Positions 27,859 through 40,020 are shown, counted from the first letter of the stretch. The stretch: 64,000 nt of DNA from Botryllus schlosseri (GCA_051294905.1 CM119372.1:16246001-16310000), one strand, 5' to 3'. The notes: generated from the sequence alone by a model not told the origin. Program-made: numbers and translations.

Positions 27859-29533
27859 TCTTGCGTCATAGTAGTGAGATTCATATGTAGGCTAGTCCAT
27901 ATGTAGCTGCATGCATAGTCGGCAAATTCAGTATGTAGTCTGATCATTGCTTACTTTTGCTGTTTGGATATTCACCCGGTATACTGTCACGAAAACGAAC
28001 AATTGGGCCATCCTTGGCAACTGCTATGATGGAGAAGTGATTACGAATTCTCTGCAAATATATGAGAATGAAAACAGCAACAAAATTTCACTTCCTCGAC
28101 ATTGCCCAGAAAGTGAGAATACGTCATGAATCGAATATGAAATACGAGGTGAATAGCCGGAAAAAATCCACTTTACAACACGAATGTGACTGATGCGCTT
28201 GAGATTCGCATGAATTGTCTGTAGGCTCATCCGGTGCTAGCCAGAATAGCAATCAGTGTTAGGTTACAAATTTGAAATTGTCAAAGGATCTTTCTGATCT
28301 CAGAATGAGGTGTCTCGATGATGCGACTCGTAATATTCCAACTGTGGTTCGTATTCAATTCTGGTTCCACGTATTCAGATTCCAATTTCTTCCAAACTGT
28401 TCGTTCCACATTATTACGACGCAGCATCGGTTTTCGTATAGTAAAATCGTGAGAGGAATGCTATAGGCCTACGTGGTAATGCCTCAGTGAGATTTAGTGT
28501 TTGCTGTATAACGGGCAAAATTGTAATGATTACTGAGCCTAGGATGCTGAATATTGGGAGGAATATGCAGATACACTCATATTAGGATATTTGATGCATT
28601 CAATCAGATTTCAGAAGAAATGATGCCATGATTATTCTGGAGAAAATATTCATATCGCACTAGACGCTAGAAGATGTCATAGGAATTTCTTTACGGAATT
28701 CTTGCGGACGTCAGGCAGACTGTCTATATGTGAGCCTTCCTATCCTAATTTCTGTCACAAGAAATAGCTGATAAATATCTTCTTGGTTGACCATGACCGA
28801 CCGTATAGTCATTGAAATGTTTACAAACCCTGGTGTACATGAAAGAAACGATGAGTGAAACAATAACAGCTCCAAATCGCCTCTCAAATGCTCGCTAACC
28901 CAACCAATCGGCTATTCACCTCCAGCCACCTCCTCCATATTTTTCTTAGTTCGTCCGCTTGGCTAGCTCGCGTCCGCGAGGATTTCCATCTCATATAAGC
29001 CTGCATGCGAACGCATGCGATATTTAGCCACTCCAGGTCGAGATAGCATATATTACTATATTAACACAATACACCTATATACTCCTCCCCCTTCTCGGCA
29101 GTGATTTGAATTTATTAGTCATGCCTGTCAGTCACGCGCCAGGGAGGAGAAAACCCCATTATCGAAGCAGTTTAGCGAATTAACAGTACAATTCACTGAA
29201 GGAACAGTGGTACGCGGAACTTTTTCAAGTGATACGCGAAGATAAGGCAGATTTTAATCAGAGGTTGTCGAAATAATCAAGAAAGATACTTAAGTAAAAG
29301 TAGAAGTAGCGACGTATAATTCTGTTCGAGCATGAGTAAAAGTAGCGTTTTGGAAGCATACCAAAACTACTATAAGTAGAAGTAGAAATTGTTGGCTTGA
29401 AAAACTACTCAAGCAAGTAAGTACAGTTTTGAAAAGCAGTCATAAATTCGCTCTCATAGACCGCCAAAACCTGGACACTGACATATACGAACGGTGCAGA
29501 TGTAGCAGGGTTTATGTTGGTAAACCCAACGAG

Positions 29534-29688
29534 CAATGTTCCCCCTAATTTTTCACCAGTCTGCGCGCACTCACCAACTCACTTCGCGGTCCCTTGGACA
29601 ACAGTGCGTGCCGACTAAAAAAAAGTCATCACTTCGACTTTTTTGATCTGTGCGCGGCCGGAACGCTCGCAGCTTAGAGGGAACATTG
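29534..29688. mobile_element. Short MITE (CAATGTTCCC TIR)
   Basis: TSD CCAACGAG / CTGACGAG. Confidence 0.78.
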
Positions 29689-29696
29689 CTGACGAG

Positions 29697-30219
29697 TAGG
29701 GCTGGGCAAAATCGAGTACCTGAGTGATTCGATTCTGAATCACGTAATATGCTTCGAGTCGAGTCGAGTAATCGAGTATCACTCATTATGACGTCATAGC
29801 AGAGTGTAATATGTCAAATTTCAAATAAGCACCTTTTATGCGACCACAAAGAATATAATACCTGTAATCTATCACATCAAAGATACCTTTTGTAATTTTT
29901 TGACCATACCGCTTTCATTGCACTTGGTGACAACTGACAATGTTGTAGGATGATCATGACTTCGGAAATGTGCTATTTCCAGTAACGTTTGTAGTCTTTT
30001 ACTATGTTTTATATGCTACGATACGCCCAATCAAGGTTTCAAGGCTTGATAAATGACCATTAATATAGAAACTACAATTCTCTTTGATAAATTAACTTTC
30101 AGTGGCGAGGATCGTATAATTTCACTACTCGAAAAAATCGTATTTTACTACTCGACTCGAATCATTAAAATTAATACTCGATTCAGATTCGAGTACTCGA
30201 ATCATTGTGCCCAGCCCTA
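29697..30219. mobile_element. TAGGGCTGGGCA-TIR MITE
   Basis: TSD CTGACGAG on both sides. Confidence 0.9.
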
Positions 30220-30311
30220 CTGACGAGGTATATATTTTCTACAGCTAAATGATTCGATTGCTGTAGTACACGGGTTCTTGCACCATTTTGCACCCCAGTT
30301 TCACCTTTCAT

Positions 30312-31144
30312 TATTATTCTCATATTCGTGATTCACAGTCAAACTGGTAAATACAGACATAATGCGGGAAGCAGCTTGTCCCCTAAGGAAATGGCGAGAT
30401 TGTAAAAAACTTTAAAAATTTCAGTAATAAAGTGAAATTGTTATTCCTATGTAGTGCATGAAGAAGCTAGATTACAAAATTGCGGTTGATGAAGAATTGG
30501 CAAGGGTTGCAGAGGTGAAGGTGATTGAAAATGAAGGATCGAACCTACAGAAATTATGCTGTGATTTTCGAGTACAAGAAGACGACAATGGCGGCTATCG
30601 CCTGTTCAGACCTTTTGCTACACGACAATGCATTTGATAAAGTTCAGTGTTTGTTTGTTTGTCTGTTTGTTCTATTCACAACATTGGCGCTTATCGCCTA
30701 TAAGGTCATTTGATCCCAGCGCGGTAATTTCAGTAAGATCAGTGTCTCTGCGGTCTTTTTGTCATATTGCGGACGACTTCCATTCTCGCGCTCTCCCACC
30801 ATCAATCACTCTCGTTTTTCGTGCGTCCATAACTTGAGTCTTTTGCCGCTGACTTTTTTGGCAGCAGGTGATAAAGTTCAGTGTCTTTGCTTTCATGGAT
30901 TACTTGTCATTCTCACGCACTCCCAATCTTCATACACTCTCGCTTTCTTGCGCCCTTTTGCTGGTCTGCCGAGTTTCTTGAGTTCGTCTCACTCTTCCTC
31001 TGGGCTTTTGAAGACGCTGTGTTCACAGCGGGATTGTCGATGATAAACCTCCGAAACATAGTTAAGAGGCAGTGCCGAGATTCGAACCAACAACCATTGT
31101 TGTCGTGACGGTGTCGCTTAGCACATTGCGTGACTCGCTTCCAC
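30312..31144 (-). mobile_element. tRNA-headed SINE (family S2) with an R4-like LINE 3' tail, containing a nested related SINE fragment (30651-30868)
   Basis: B-box GGTTCGAATCT (31078-31088, minus). 30312-30567 matches 7014-7275. TSD TTCACCTTTCAT / TCCCCCTTTCAT. The nested insert has a 16-bp TSD. Confidence 0.72.
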
Positions 31145-31779
31145 TCCCCCTTTCATAAATTATGTTGGTGTGGCTCCTTCTCTCGTATTACAGGGTCTGT
31201 AGCTAATACGACGGCGAGATATCTGGATTAGTTGTACGGGATACCACATAAACGCATTGCGCGATCAGGAATGCAACTAAAAATATGGGGTATCATTTAA
31301 TTCCAAACGTTTTTCGGAGCTCTATTTACTGTGATATAACCGGTATATGCGAAACTACGCGGCCTGAAATTACGCACATGAACCATACCACCACTCTAAA
31401 TTTTATTGGCCGAGAATTTCGTGGAAAGATATTCGTATATATTTTTCGCGTGAAGCACGACGAAAAATCAGCACTCTCTTCGAAAACAGCTCGTGTTTGA
31501 GCAACACTGATTGACGCTGATTTGTCAAAAAAGTTTGCATATATTATGCAAGTGCAAAAATTATATAAACACAGGTGCACTAGTATACTACATAAGTAGC
31601 GAACGACATTCAAGTAGCGTATAATTAAAACATTTCCTATGCTGACACTACACGTTTGATGATACCGTTGACAACTTTATCCTGGGAATTGGAGACATGA
31701 ATTTTAAATCGTTTTCGATAAATGCCGGAAATCATTTTGTATTTAGTCATAAGTATATGATATTACTCTCGGTTCATTT

Positions 31780-32034
31780 TGTTGGGGTTACCAACACCGA
31801 GTTTTCTGCGATGCCTTGGATCGAGTTGGCAGACCTAGGCGGTTTAGGGTGCCGTATTTCACTTGTGTTGCAGGACGGAAGAGAAGGCGTGGATTATCAC
31901 TTTGCTGTTAGACTTTTTGCGAAAAATTATTTATTCGTAGCGATATTTTCTTGCCGAGTACCGGCAACATGTAATTTTGTGCGTGTTTGCCAGGACGTCC
32001 GTGAAATAGGAAAGGACCAAATTTGACAGCTCTG
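31780..32034. repeat. Repeat with an inverted homolog at about 35016-35260
   Basis: CCAACACCGAGTTTT...TGCCTTGGATCGAG...AAATTTGACAGCT shared in reverse complement. Confidence 0.7.
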
Positions 32035-33252
32035 CTAAAAGCGAAATGCTGCCGTGTAGGTTTCAAGCATACCTAATATAAAAATACTTGTATTTTCGAT
32101 TGAATAGCGAAGAAAGAAAAGAAACAGCAAGCGGACACCCTGCAAATCTCAAACTGTTGGATTATCCGAAGGAAGCTTGCGTGTATATCTCAGGCCGTAA
32201 TAATTTTCAAAGGCGTGTCCATAAATGCAACATTTTACTGCAACTTTTGTTAAAAATTAGGTGCAATTTTCTCACGATTTTAGTGCAACAACTTTCCCCA
32301 TTCTATTGTTGATGGTATCAAACAGTTTTGAAAATCTATATAGGCCTACTCCCAGATAACAAAATTGGTTGCGATCTCACGGCGTATCATATGCTTTCTA
32401 TGTCAAATAGATGCCCCAGAGGATTAAATTTTTGCACCTCTCCTGCAGATTGATTAACACTAGTTGCGCATGCACAATAACTCCTTCGTTACTGTGGCAT
32501 TAAACGTCAATTAACCTGTCGTGACACTGCGATGCTGTACTGTATTGTATGTCAGGCAAATATATTAGCCTCCATAATTGAAACTTGGACGAGTTAAAGG
32601 CACACTGCCGGTTGAATATGATGTGGTCTCGAATTAAAGTTGTAGACGCGAAAAAGATTTTCCTAGCTGAAAGCTACTTTATGCGAACTACAGTTAAATG
32701 AAGAATTTTACGAAAAGCACCATTCCAATTCAGCTATCGCTGTCGTATCGAAGTCATGCGGTATTGCATCGTGACCCTTTTTGAAATTTATGCCACGCAT
32801 TTCCAAGCTGTTGCAGTTTCTCGACGCGGTCAAGGAAAATAAGTAATTTTAGATAGTTGTCACATTGTATTATGAATATGATAGCGTATTATGATACGAA
32901 GCATTAACGTGACATGAATGTTCAACATGTCCGGTTCTGTTCTTGGTAACTCAAAACCATTATATTGTACTGTAATCACAAGAACGCTATGTATAATCCT
33001 ATAGTGAACGCCACAAGTCTCAGTTGACCCAATTTTTGCGATTTCAGGGCTACTACAGTTTTATTGCGAACAGCTTTTGTAAAAAAATACCTATTCCTTA
33101 CCCAGCGCGATGAATGATTTTGCATAGCAGCGTAGAGAACACTGCAACGTTACAATTAATCTGTGCGAGTTACTTTTTTCTTATATTTGTTTCGTCTCGT
33201 AGATATCTTATTTCATGACATACCTTGATAAATTCAATAGTTCATTGATTCC

Positions 33253-33337
33253 ATGGGTAATTTTATTGTGATAACCAAAAAGTCAAAAGAAGAAGGTAGT
33301 CCCAATCCTGAAGAGAGAACTATTGATGAAGTTGCAG
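33253..33337 (+). CDS. GLIPR2: GAPR-1-like exon 1
   Basis: ATG GGT after an in-frame TAG (33238); donor G|GTAGGA; phase 1 fits exon 2. Confidence 0.75.
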
Positions 33338-36300
33338 GTAGGATAGAGTATATCCGGGATGTCAAACTTGATGCGGGTGGTGGGTCGGATTTAAAACTGT
33401 GCTCAGTTATATTGTATATAATGTACAATAAGGTTGATAATGAAGCATTCCACAGAAAACAAAGTTATTGATTTGGAAGTAACATTTTGGCATGACATGA
33501 CTGCTCCAGTCCGCAAGTTGAATTCGGCCCATGACCCGATGTGAGCTTGACATTCCTGCTATAGACAGTTCAAACATCCCTTAAGAACCCCCGGTTGACT
33601 ACGCCGCACAGTATGTAAAGAGATGTAGAGAAAATCATCTAACACCTAGGAATTACCAGACAAAGTATTCATCGATGATAGCGGTGTAGAAGTGGTGCAT
33701 GCAGTGACTTCCTACACAAGATATGAAGGCAATCGCCCATGGTGTTTTGAAAGCCAAATCAGTTTAAATAGGCTACTGTATAACGAATTCAAAGTTTTCG
33801 TACATTACTGGTATTGAATATTATTCGTCCAAAACGTCTCCTGACACTCTGGATTATGCTAAAACTTCATTTGCAAATGGGTTTCTTTTACAACGACAAA
33901 ATTAACGTCATTGCATATTATTTAGGAAACCAGTTCGCACAACAACTCATTGATACTCAGAACATCTACAGAATGAAGCATGGAGCTGATCCGCTAATTT
34001 TAGACGATGGATTATGTGAAGATGCTCAGGAGTAAGTGGATTGCAAATGAAACACAATTCTAATAATCTCACTCGCAAGCATATTGAATTTAAATCAGTG
34101 CTTGTCAACCTTCTTTGGAATGGTATAGCCACTTTTAACGGTTACTGAAACTTATACAGCCAGGTCCACTCAACACACCGGATCTGTATAGTAATCCTAA
34201 TCGGCAAAGGTTCAGCGTTAGGCATTGACGAATGCAAACAGAAAATTTCGTCATACTTCATAATCCCACTATCACTATATCATGTTCGTTTATTAGTGCT
34301 GTGTATGCTTCCGATTTTGCCTAATTTTGATTGCTTCATGTGTTTAATGTGACTGTGGTTTTTACTAACCCATTCATGATCATGCTTCTTGCATATCATG
34401 AAACTACTTCATTTTGTTTGCCATCGCATTGTTATCTAAACGTGTTGAAGATTACCTTGTTTTGTGACATAACGCTCATATTCTACTGTATAGTGTATAT
34501 TTCTTATATATATCATATATGTTTCACGCTATACGTTTCCTGACATGTACGAGGTAGCCTACTGGTAATTACAAATCGCTAAAGTTGAAGTTTTCTTTAC
34601 CAATTGCGACATCACGGTTAATATATTAGCCTGTACAGTGTACATAAAGTAGAGTAAAGCAACGCTGATGTCACGACAGGTTGTTGTGGATGTTGTTGTT
34701 GGATATTCACGGTGTTTCGGCCACATTGGTCATTTTACACCAGGCCCAAATTCTTTATTGTGATTCCGTATTTACCAGCTTTCAGCACGACCCACTTGTA
34801 GGCTTTTTTAAGACATCTCTTACGCGGATCACACGGTAAAGAGCAGCCTAGATAAACCTCCAACACTTAGGTAGGAATTGTGGAGCCGATATCGGTCTGA
34901 TTCGAACCCTCAACCCATTGGTGTTGCAGTTGTGGAACGTACCACTATACACCATCCCGCCACTCATGACAGGTTAATTGAGGATTAGTGCCGCAGTACC
35001 GCATTTCGCGGTCAGCATAGCTGTCAAATTTCCCATTTCACGGACGACCTGGAAAGACGGCTGAAAATTACCTTTTGCCGGTACGCAGCCAGAAAATAAC
35101 GCAATGTGGAAATAATTTTCTGCAAAAATTCAAGCAGCAAACAGATGACCCCCCCCTCTCCCCCCCCCCCCAGAAACAATCAAATAAAACACCTTAAACT
35201 CCGTAGGTCTGCGAGCTCGATCCAAGGCATTCTACAAAACTCGGTGTTGGCGCCTTTAACAAAATGAATAGCCTGGTAAATGTGACCCAGTGTCAATGTG
35301 ATTTTCGGTAATCTTGCCAGGGCGCCACAGGGCCTCCGTAAAATGGGAAAGGAACAGTTTTGGGATCAAGTCACTACCTTCAAGTCATTGAACATTTTGA
35401 CTCCAGTCAAGTCAAGTCATTCGAATTTTGTAGGTCAATCGCGTCAAGTCAATTCACGAGACAAGTCACAACGTCATGTCGAATTTCCGTAGTTCGAGGC
35501 AGGATTTAAGTCATTGCATCTTGCAAGATGATGGAAGTAGCCTACAGATTGATTTACTATTAATTATGAATCGAGAAACGACTATCGGGTTAATTATACG
35601 TTCAACGGAGCGTGGTATGACTCACACGTAAATCTACTAGGCCACGTCGATAACTGTCCGCCAAATAGATGAAAGAATATGAAAACTCGCAGACTTGACA
35701 CATATTGATACGAGGCAATACAAAATACACCGAGACATCCATACGAGACAATTTAAGCCTGTGCGAATTGTTGACGAGTAATATATATGTGTAAAAAAGA
35801 TTGCCACTGAGCAAAGGGGAACTGCTATAACTATCAGTCTACGAAAACGCAAGCTCCAATCACTGCGTTTGCGGTCAGTTTATTTGAGACTTAGCGACGG
35901 AGCCTCAGTAAAACCAGGCTGCGCAATTGTTAAATGAATGATTGCTTACACAGATCATAACAGCTAGACGAGATCATGTACCAACGGGTACAGCGATTTA
36001 GTCGACATCGATTCCGTGATTACTTGAAATTGACTCGGCAATTGGGTCACGAGTCAATCGACATTTTTGAGACGCCGCGTCAAGTCAATTCCTTTCTACA
36101 AAGTGACTCGAGTCAAGTCAATTCATCTGAAAAAGTTGACTCGACTCTGATTCGAATCAAGACATGATAGTAGTCGTCCCAACACTGGAAAGGACCTCAA
36201 ATTTGAATCACTCATTTAGATTCGGCACGACACTTGATAACATTTGCAGTAAAGAGTTGCATGGAAAATAAATAAAAAAGTTGGAAAAAGTTGCATCATA

Positions 36301-39300
36301 AAATTCCTACAAACCAGTGTTGGGATCAAGTCACTACCTTCGAGTCACGAGTCACCTTGATTCATTGCACATTTTGACTCGAGTCGAGTCAAGTCAAGTC
36401 AAGTCAATCGATTTTTGAAGGTGACTCGAGTCGAGTCAAGTCACCCGTTTTTTGGAGGTGACGCGAGTCAAGTCAAGTCAAGTCACGAGTCAAGTAACAA
36501 TTCAAGTCAAACTGAATTTTTGAAGTATCAGTGACGATTTAAAGTCATTACATTTTGCTAGCTGCATGAAAGACAGAATAATTGGCAATTCATCTTGAAT
36601 CAAATAACAAATATAAAATTGAATATGCATGCAAGACGGCGTTGTATCGCCCACGCACACGTAGTACTGCAAATAAAATACGTGAGTAACTGTATAAAGC
36701 TGCATGCTACAGTCAGTTATTATCAGCCAAGAGGATCAAATACGAAGCCTCGAGAAGTTGTAACAAATTGATATGGTATACAATACACTACTCATCTACA
36801 CATCCGTGAGAATATAAACGCATAAATTCTATTCGCTATTGATTGTAATCATACAAGAGGGTTGGTAAAGGTGGTAACTGCGCAATATAGGCACTGGGCC
36901 GCCTAAGAAACAGAGATACGTTGCTATTAGATTAATCTACTGCTACTAAGACAACAAAAGCTGTGATCATTTCGTTTTTGGTCAATTTATTTGTGATATA
37001 ACAAATGATTATCAGTCAATGACTGGTTAGTGGTTTCTCTCACAATGTGACGCAGGCGTATCGCGAACATTACGAATATACAGAAAATACAATGATTTAA
37101 TCGACACCGTTTACTTGATGACTTGAAATTGACTTGTAAATTTTGCTCCGAGTCACGAATCAATTCGTATTGTTGAAGCGCCGAGTCGAATCAAGTCAAG
37201 TCATTTTTGCAAAGTGACTCGATTCAAGTCAATGCATACGAAAAGGTTGACTCGTGTCATCCCAGCACTGCCATAAACAGCTTAATATATCACACTACTT
37301 AAATTCTGAGAATTTAGGATGCTGCCTGAAGCTGTAAATTGTGAGGAAAGTTGCAAAAACCATTCGATCAGTGCAGTAATTGATCTCTGCCTAATTAATC
37401 GTTACCAGATGGGCGGAGTGCCTGGCAAGTATGGGAAAGCTGGAGCACTCAAACACCGGTGACGGCGAAAATTTGGCATTTCGTGGTCAATCGATAACAG
37501 TGAAACAGATTGCAGACATGTGGTACCACCAACTAGAATATTATGACTTCAACGATCCTGGATTTACGAACGACACAGGTGGGGCTTACGCCGTCGTAAA
37601 CAATGAGTGACTATCGTTACTTTGTCTAACGCCTACAACCTAACATAGTTTACCCGATATAGATGAGACCAAATAACTAGAGATGTGTCATAAAGTGTCA
37701 TCTCACATTTATAGACTTGCCAGTTCGATCGAAGAACGAGGCTTGTAAATTGTTGACATTGATTCGTCATGGTTGCTGATAGTGGGGCTCTACATGGTAT
37801 ATTTCTTTACGTATATATATCTTCATGTGTCTGTGTATGCTCTAGTCCCAAGCCTATGGGCCTACGCCCTTCTTGAGGTTGCGACTTTGACTCCTAGTCC
37901 CGTCTACTTCATGAACGAAATCCCGATACTCCCTACTCTCTGTCACAGCCTTGACACTGAGCATCCATACAGAAGGCATATAGGTAAATCCTATATTGTA
38001 TTGGGACTTAGGGAAGCTTTGCTACGAGTTTGACAAGTCTGCACTGTCAGAGATGATCTGGACCCGATATCTGTCCACTGTTCGTAGACTAGACAGTAGG
38101 GGTGTTCAAAATGACTTTCTTTCTCAAATTGCACTGGCTACTTGATAAATTGTTAGGTTACCTAATTTGAGCTTACACCACAAATTTGGTTCAATTCCAA
38201 CCAGTAACCGCATTGCTACAGGAGAAGAAAGTTTCTATATATTATGTAAAAAAAAATTTTTTTCAATTTCAAAATTTTCTGTTCACCCCATGAAAGTGTT
38301 AGGTTGTCTATACTAACGATGATTATTTTTTTAGGGGTCCGGAGGGGCCACAGCCAACCTCCCCCAGTGGGGATAGCTGTGCCTACAGCTGAGATATTCC
38401 ACCCAGCTGTAGGCACTCCCCAGTGGTAATAGGGTTACTAAGTGTCGTAAGGACACGAAGAACCCATGGTTACTCCAGGTACTGTTTTTCTTCAAGTTTC
38501 TCTTTACCAGTTAAGGTGAGACCAACAAGGGTTTTGCGGGAAAAACCGGAGTGCCCGGCGAAAAACCCTGCCCTGTTGGCTCCAGAGAGCTGGCACAAGC
38601 AGGCTTTGGAGGGGGCGTCTGTAGCTGCTTATCCCTCCGCTACCGTACGTGTGCCTGGGACACTGGCCCGTCGGTGCGGTACCAGATCCCGGTAGGTACG
38701 AACAGTGATTCGGCACTGGTTTTTAGAGGTAGCGCGATTCCTGCCCCTTAACAGGAATCAGCGAGCTTGCCTCAGGACAACCAAATGATGCAATCGGTGC
38801 ATCCAGCGATTGGACCAAGTGGTTCATTTAAGGCGAGCATATCGCACTGAGTACGATTAACATGGATGCTTACCTTAATACAGCCAAATACTCCAACGAC
38901 GATTACCAAATTTGACTCGATTCCAAGCGGAGTTATTGCCGTCGAAAAATTTTGATTTGAATAAAATAGTATTTACGGTGGGCACAATCACAATAAATAA
39001 TTAAAGAATTGGTTACCGTTTTACTATTTTATTCAAATCAAAAATTTTCGACGGCAATAACTCCGCTTCCACTGGTTGGAATTAAGTCTAACTTGGTGGA
39101 CATTGTTTCTATAGACAACCGAGCACTTTCATGGGGTGAACAGAAAATTTTGTTTGAAGTTTTTGTTTAATAATTTTTATGTATTAAATAGAAACTTTTT
39201 TCTGTGGCAATGCGGCTACTGGTTTGAATTGAACCAAATTTGGTGTGTAGGCTTAAATTAGGTAACCCAACAATTTTATCAAGTAACCAGTGCAATTTGA

Positions 39301-40020
39301 GAAAAAAGTCATTTTTGGACACCTCTCCTAGACAGACATGCTGCGGAGTCGATAGCTTAGCACGATATATGCGCATTGCCCAGATATTTCCCAGAGCTGA
39401 TATCTGCATGGGACAGCGGCCCAGACAGGATGCAGACTTCATATTTGCGCACTGTGTCGAGCCTGGCATGCTCCAGAGCTGATATTTGCACCCTAAATAA
39501 GCCAAACATACATGGATGTGATTTTTCTAGGCATAACCGTGATATTTAAGTATATTTCCAATGGCATCTTCGATATCCACTCAAGTACTATTATATGCGT
39601 TATCTCACCATATCCACGATATCCTTTTCGTGACTGGCTCTTATTACATGTTGAAAAAGACAATAAATCCATCAGAGTTGAGTTGCAGAGTCATGCGCGG
39701 TCCATATTCAATTATCATGCTTTACGAAGTTACCGATGGCTACAGTGACATGACCTAATATGGGCTTTATTGTTTAAATGCTTGAATACTACTTGAATAG
39801 GCCTACACTTGATCTATCGGACTGACAGGCAATTTCCCTTCATGTACTTTCCCGATTTTCTGCAGGTCACTTCTCCCAAATGGTATGGGTTGACAGCAAA
39901 ACATTTGGCGCCGGTTTCGCAAAAGGCAAGAAAGGCACCTACGTGGTGGGACGATACAGACCAGCTGGCAACGTCGATAAACGTAGATCATTCAGGAGAA
40001 ATGTCTTGCCGCTGAAATGA
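33253..40020 (+). CDS. GLIPR2: GAPR-1/GLIPR2-like CAP (SCP/PR-1) domain protein, 171 aa; join(33253..33337,33926..34031,37409..37578,39866..40020)
   Basis: Spliced translation MGNFIVITKKSKEEGSPNPEERTIDEVAGNQFAQQLIDTQNIYRMKHGADPLILDDGLCEDAQEWAECLASMGKLEHSNTGDGENLAFRGQSITVKQIADMWYHQLEYYDFNDPGFTNDTGHFSQMVWVDSKTFGAGFAKGKKGTYVVGRYRPAGNVDKRRSFRRNVLPLK. It has the CAP motifs GENLA, GHFSQMVW and VVGRYxPAGN, an N-terminal MG and no signal peptide. GT-AG introns, 516 nt. Strict orthology is not established. Confidence 0.9.
33926..34031 (+). CDS. GLIPR2: GAPR-1-like exon 2
   Basis: TTTAG acceptor; NQFAQQLIDTQNIYRMKHGADPL; GTAAGT donor. Confidence 0.92.
34683..34963 (-). mobile_element. S1 SINE, antisense in GAPR-1-like intron 2
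   Basis: Reverse-complement match to S1; TSD TCACGACAGGTT / TCATGACAGGTT. Confidence 0.85.
35355..36187. mobile_element. CAGTGTTGGGA-TIR MITE
   Basis: TSD GAAAGGAA / GAAAGGAC. Confidence 0.85.
36315..37270. mobile_element. CAGTGTTGGGA-TIR MITE with (RAGTC)n arrays
   Basis: TIRs; TSD CTACAAAC / CCATAAAC. Confidence 0.82.
37409..37578 (+). CDS. GLIPR2: GAPR-1-like exon 3
   Basis: TACCAG acceptor; LEHS...GENLA...WYHQLEYYDFNDPGF; GTGGGG donor. Confidence 0.93.
38097..39327. mobile_element. Foldback-like element with about 215-bp TIRs in GAPR-1-like intron 3
   Basis: IR 38097-38312 / 39110-39327; inner IR about 38925-38978 / 39015-39069; TSD CTAGACAG. Confidence 0.88.
39866..40020 (+). CDS. 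GLIPR2: GAPR-1-like exon 4
   Basis: TTTTCTGCAG acceptor; GHFSQMVW...RYRPAGN...NVLPLK-TGA. Confidence 0.94.

Noticed and set aside
27513..27947. 144-aa minus-strand ORF
   Set aside because: Largely the antisense of a diverged S1 SINE; no recognisable domain.
27954..28050. Isolated minus-strand exon-like segment (CAG...GTAAGC, one open frame)
   Set aside because: No partner exons or homology recognised.
36315..36500. CRISPR-like look of the (RAGTC)n and TACTCAAGTA arrays
   Set aside because: Irregular short subterminal MITE repeats with no fixed repeat-spacer period, no cas genes, and a eukaryotic context.
37830..38030. Possible RTE-like LINE 3' remnant on the minus strand
   Set aside because: Similarity is too weak to support by eye.
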